Of a stretch of DNA of 64,000 bases, positions 62,353-64,000 are shown one piece after another (position 1 is the stretch's first letter; each line of letters begins with the position of its first letter). Location: the NCBI GenBank assembly GCA_964474445.1, contig CAYYSJ010000002.1, positions 183,774 through 247,773 on the forward strand, read 5' to 3'. The notes under the pieces are model-generated. The model did not search any database. It was not told where the DNA came from and saw only the letters and a list, made by a program, of their open reading frames with translations. A program made the position numbers and the translations under genes. The stretch is from an uncultured Gammaproteobacteria bacterium (GTDB lineage Bacteria; Patescibacteriota; Microgenomatia; Levybacterales; UBA12049).

Positions 62353-63885
62353 TTATTTTTTGGAGGGTCTTATAAGAACAAAAGCGATAATACTACTTAA
62401 GAATGCTAAGACTGCATTGACCCCCATTGCCCATCGAAAACTATACACAAAAGCATTTTCTACATCTTGTTGTGCAATTGCTTTTGTATACGAAGAAAAA
62501 CTATTAGGGATGGTAATTGCTCCGAGTTGGTTCTTTTGCATAAGAATCTGTTGTTGCTCTTGTTTGGTTAATGAGGAAGTAGTAAGTGTTTGAGATAACT
62601 TTTGACCAAATAATGACAAAACGACTGCACCTAAAAGGGCAACTGCCATAAGTCCTGCAACCCGTGAAACAGCATTATTTACTCCTGACGCGCTTCCTGA
62701 AAAATTTTGATTCACTGCAAGTGCTGATTTGGTAAGTGGCGCAATAACAAGAGACATACCAAGACCAAATAACACAAGTCCAGGAAGAAAAGCAGTAAAG
62801 TAATTTGCATGTGTTCCCGATAACACAAAAAGACTCATGCCAATGCCAACAAGGATTGGTCCAATAATCATGGGAGTTCGTGGTCCAATGGTATCTGCTA
62901 AAGATCCCGCAGGACCAGAGAGAAATGTGATAAGAAGAATAGCAGGTAAAAGTCCCATTCCTGCCAGGAGAGGCGGCAAATGCTGGATTTGTTGTAAGTT
63001 CAGTACTAAGAAAAAAATAACACCACTTAGTGCAAAGTATAAGAAAAGTGTTACCAGGTTTGCTCCTGTTACTAATGGTGAATGAAAAATCTCCAAAGGA
63101 ATAAGCGGATCTTTTGTCTTTAGTTCAATAACAACAAAAGCAATAGAAAAAAGAATACCTCCAATAAGACTTACAACCACTGTCGGCTGTTGCCACCCAA
63201 GAGTTGGTCCAGTGATAAGTGCATAGGTTGTTCCTAAAAGTCCTAAAAATATTGACGTTGTTCCCAGGTAATCAATCGAGCGTTGTTCCTCATTTTTTGT
63301 TTCAGGAACAAATCGGGCAGTAATAAACAAAGCAAGCAGGCCAAGTGGAAGATTGATATAAAAAATGGAAGGCCAACCAAAGGTTTGGACGAGAAAGCCT
63401 CCTAAGAATGGTCCAAAAGCGGCAAGTCCACCTGCGAACCCAGACCATAATCCTATGACGCTTCCTCGAATTTTATCTTCAAATGAAGCATCGATAATAC
63501 TTAAACTTCCAGGAACCATCATTGCAGCTCCTATGCCCTGAATTCCTCTGAAAAGAATCAGTTGACTGATTGTATGAGAAATACTGCATAAAAATGAAGC
63601 AAGGCTGAACAACCCAATTCCATACAGAAATATTCTCTTCCTACCAAATCTATCTCCAAGAGCACCACTTATCAAGATAAGTGCACAAAGCAAAAGTGCG
63701 TAGGAATTAATAACCCACTCAATATCGCTGAGTGTTGCATGTAGGCTGGATTGAATTTGAGGAATTGCAATATTAACAACGGTAGCATCTAAGAATGCCA
63801 TACCTGATGCCAGAATTGTTGCAAACAGAATGAGTTTGCCTTCAAGATGAGATAATGTAAATTGCCTCACAACAGTACTGTACAA
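62353..63885 (-). CDS. MFS transporter, DHA2 (EmrB/QacA) 14-TM family
   Basis: 510 aa, 14 predicted TM helices. MFS motif A GALGDRFGRKRIF between TM2 and TM3. Confidence 0.75.
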   Translation of the reverse strand: MYSTVVRQFTLSHLEGKLILFATILASGMAFLDATVVNIAIPQIQSSLHATLSDIEWVINSYALLLCALILISGALGDRFGRKRIFLYGIGLFSLASFLCSISHTISQLILFRGIQGIGAAMMVPGSLSIIDASFEDKIRGSVIGLWSGFAGGLAAFGPFLGGFLVQTFGWPSIFYINLPLGLLALFITARFVPETKNEEQRSIDYLGTTSIFLGLLGTTYALITGPTLGWQQPTVVVSLIGGILFSIAFVVIELKTKDPLIPLEIFHSPLVTGANLVTLFLYFALSGVIFFLVLNLQQIQHLPPLLAGMGLLPAILLITFLSGPAGSLADTIGPRTPMIIGPILVGIGMSLFVLSGTHANYFTAFLPGLVLFGLGMSLVIAPLTKSALAVNQNFSGSASGVNNAVSRVAGLMAVALLGAVVLSLFGQKLSQTLTTSSLTKQEQQQILMQKNQLGAITIPNSFSSYTKAIAQQDVENAFVYSFRWAMGVNAVLAFLSSIIAFVLIRPSKK

Positions 63886-64000
63886 GAAATGAATTGTAGA
63901 GTCTAGAGAGGATAGTGGATGTACAAGATAAAGGTATTGAGTGTAAAAAAGTACATACTTTTCTGAGTATCCTCATATCTTTATTAGGTTTACGAATGGT

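Noticed and set aside
1-64000. Scan for CRISPR arrays, tRNA/rRNA genes, transposases, integrases, phage structural genes
   Set aside because: No regularly spaced direct repeats, no cloverleaf-like GC-rich ~75-nt islands with GTTCGAATC-type T-loops, no DDE or tyrosine-recombinase-like ORFs. The only clear structured RNA is rnpB.

Overview
Low-GC (roughly 35-40%), gene-dense bacterial chromosome segment. Most of it is housekeeping, with one obvious accessory region. The standard genetic code appears to be in use: long ORFs end in TGA, and an RF2 (prfB) gene is present without a programmed frameshift. Recognisable core genes: RNase P RNA (rnpB, minus strand, overlapped by a spurious ORF), a UvrD-type helicase fused to a Cas4/AddB-like Fe-S nuclease, glnA, tsaD, greA, a tdh-kbl operon, a lysS-rdgB-serS cluster, secA, a DEAD-box helicase, a mutS-mutL operon, an RsmB-like rRNA methyltransferase, an ABC-2 exporter, clpB lacking its N-domain, uppP, prfB and several MFS/DMT transporters. 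No rRNA, tRNA, CRISPR array, transposase or integrase was seen. Main region of interest is ~31.0-42.8 kb, which looks like a cell-surface / protein-glycosylation cassette: an unannotated Zn-ribbon mini-ORF, a TMTC-like GT-C O-mannosyltransferase homolog with TPR repeats, a 1130-aa secreted protein with three near-identical internal ~195-aa repeats plus PKD domains, an Fn3 membrane protein, an orphan MEDS-PAS histidine kinase, a HAD-like hydrolase, a SAM methyltransferase and a second GT-C membrane glycosyltransferase. Two copies of a ~80-nt conserved non-coding hairpin element sit upstream of the TMTC-like gene and of the kinase gene. Other unusual items: an archaeal-type PPAT fused to a DUF359 (GTP-dependent dephospho-CoA kinase-like) domain; LysRS fused to a C-terminal HD phosphohydrolase domain; a soluble HAD-IIB phosphatase carrying a perfect CDP-alcohol phosphatidyltransferase signature but no transmembrane helices, divergently paired with a kinase-like protein; two paralogous lysine-rich mini-proteins with consensus SD sites and terminators; and a GAF-ANTAR RNA-binding regulator next to glnA. 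The gene content (archaeal-type CoA enzymes, GT-C glycosyltransferases, tiny basic proteins) suggests an uncultivated, possibly CPR/Patescibacteria-like lineage; this is inference only.
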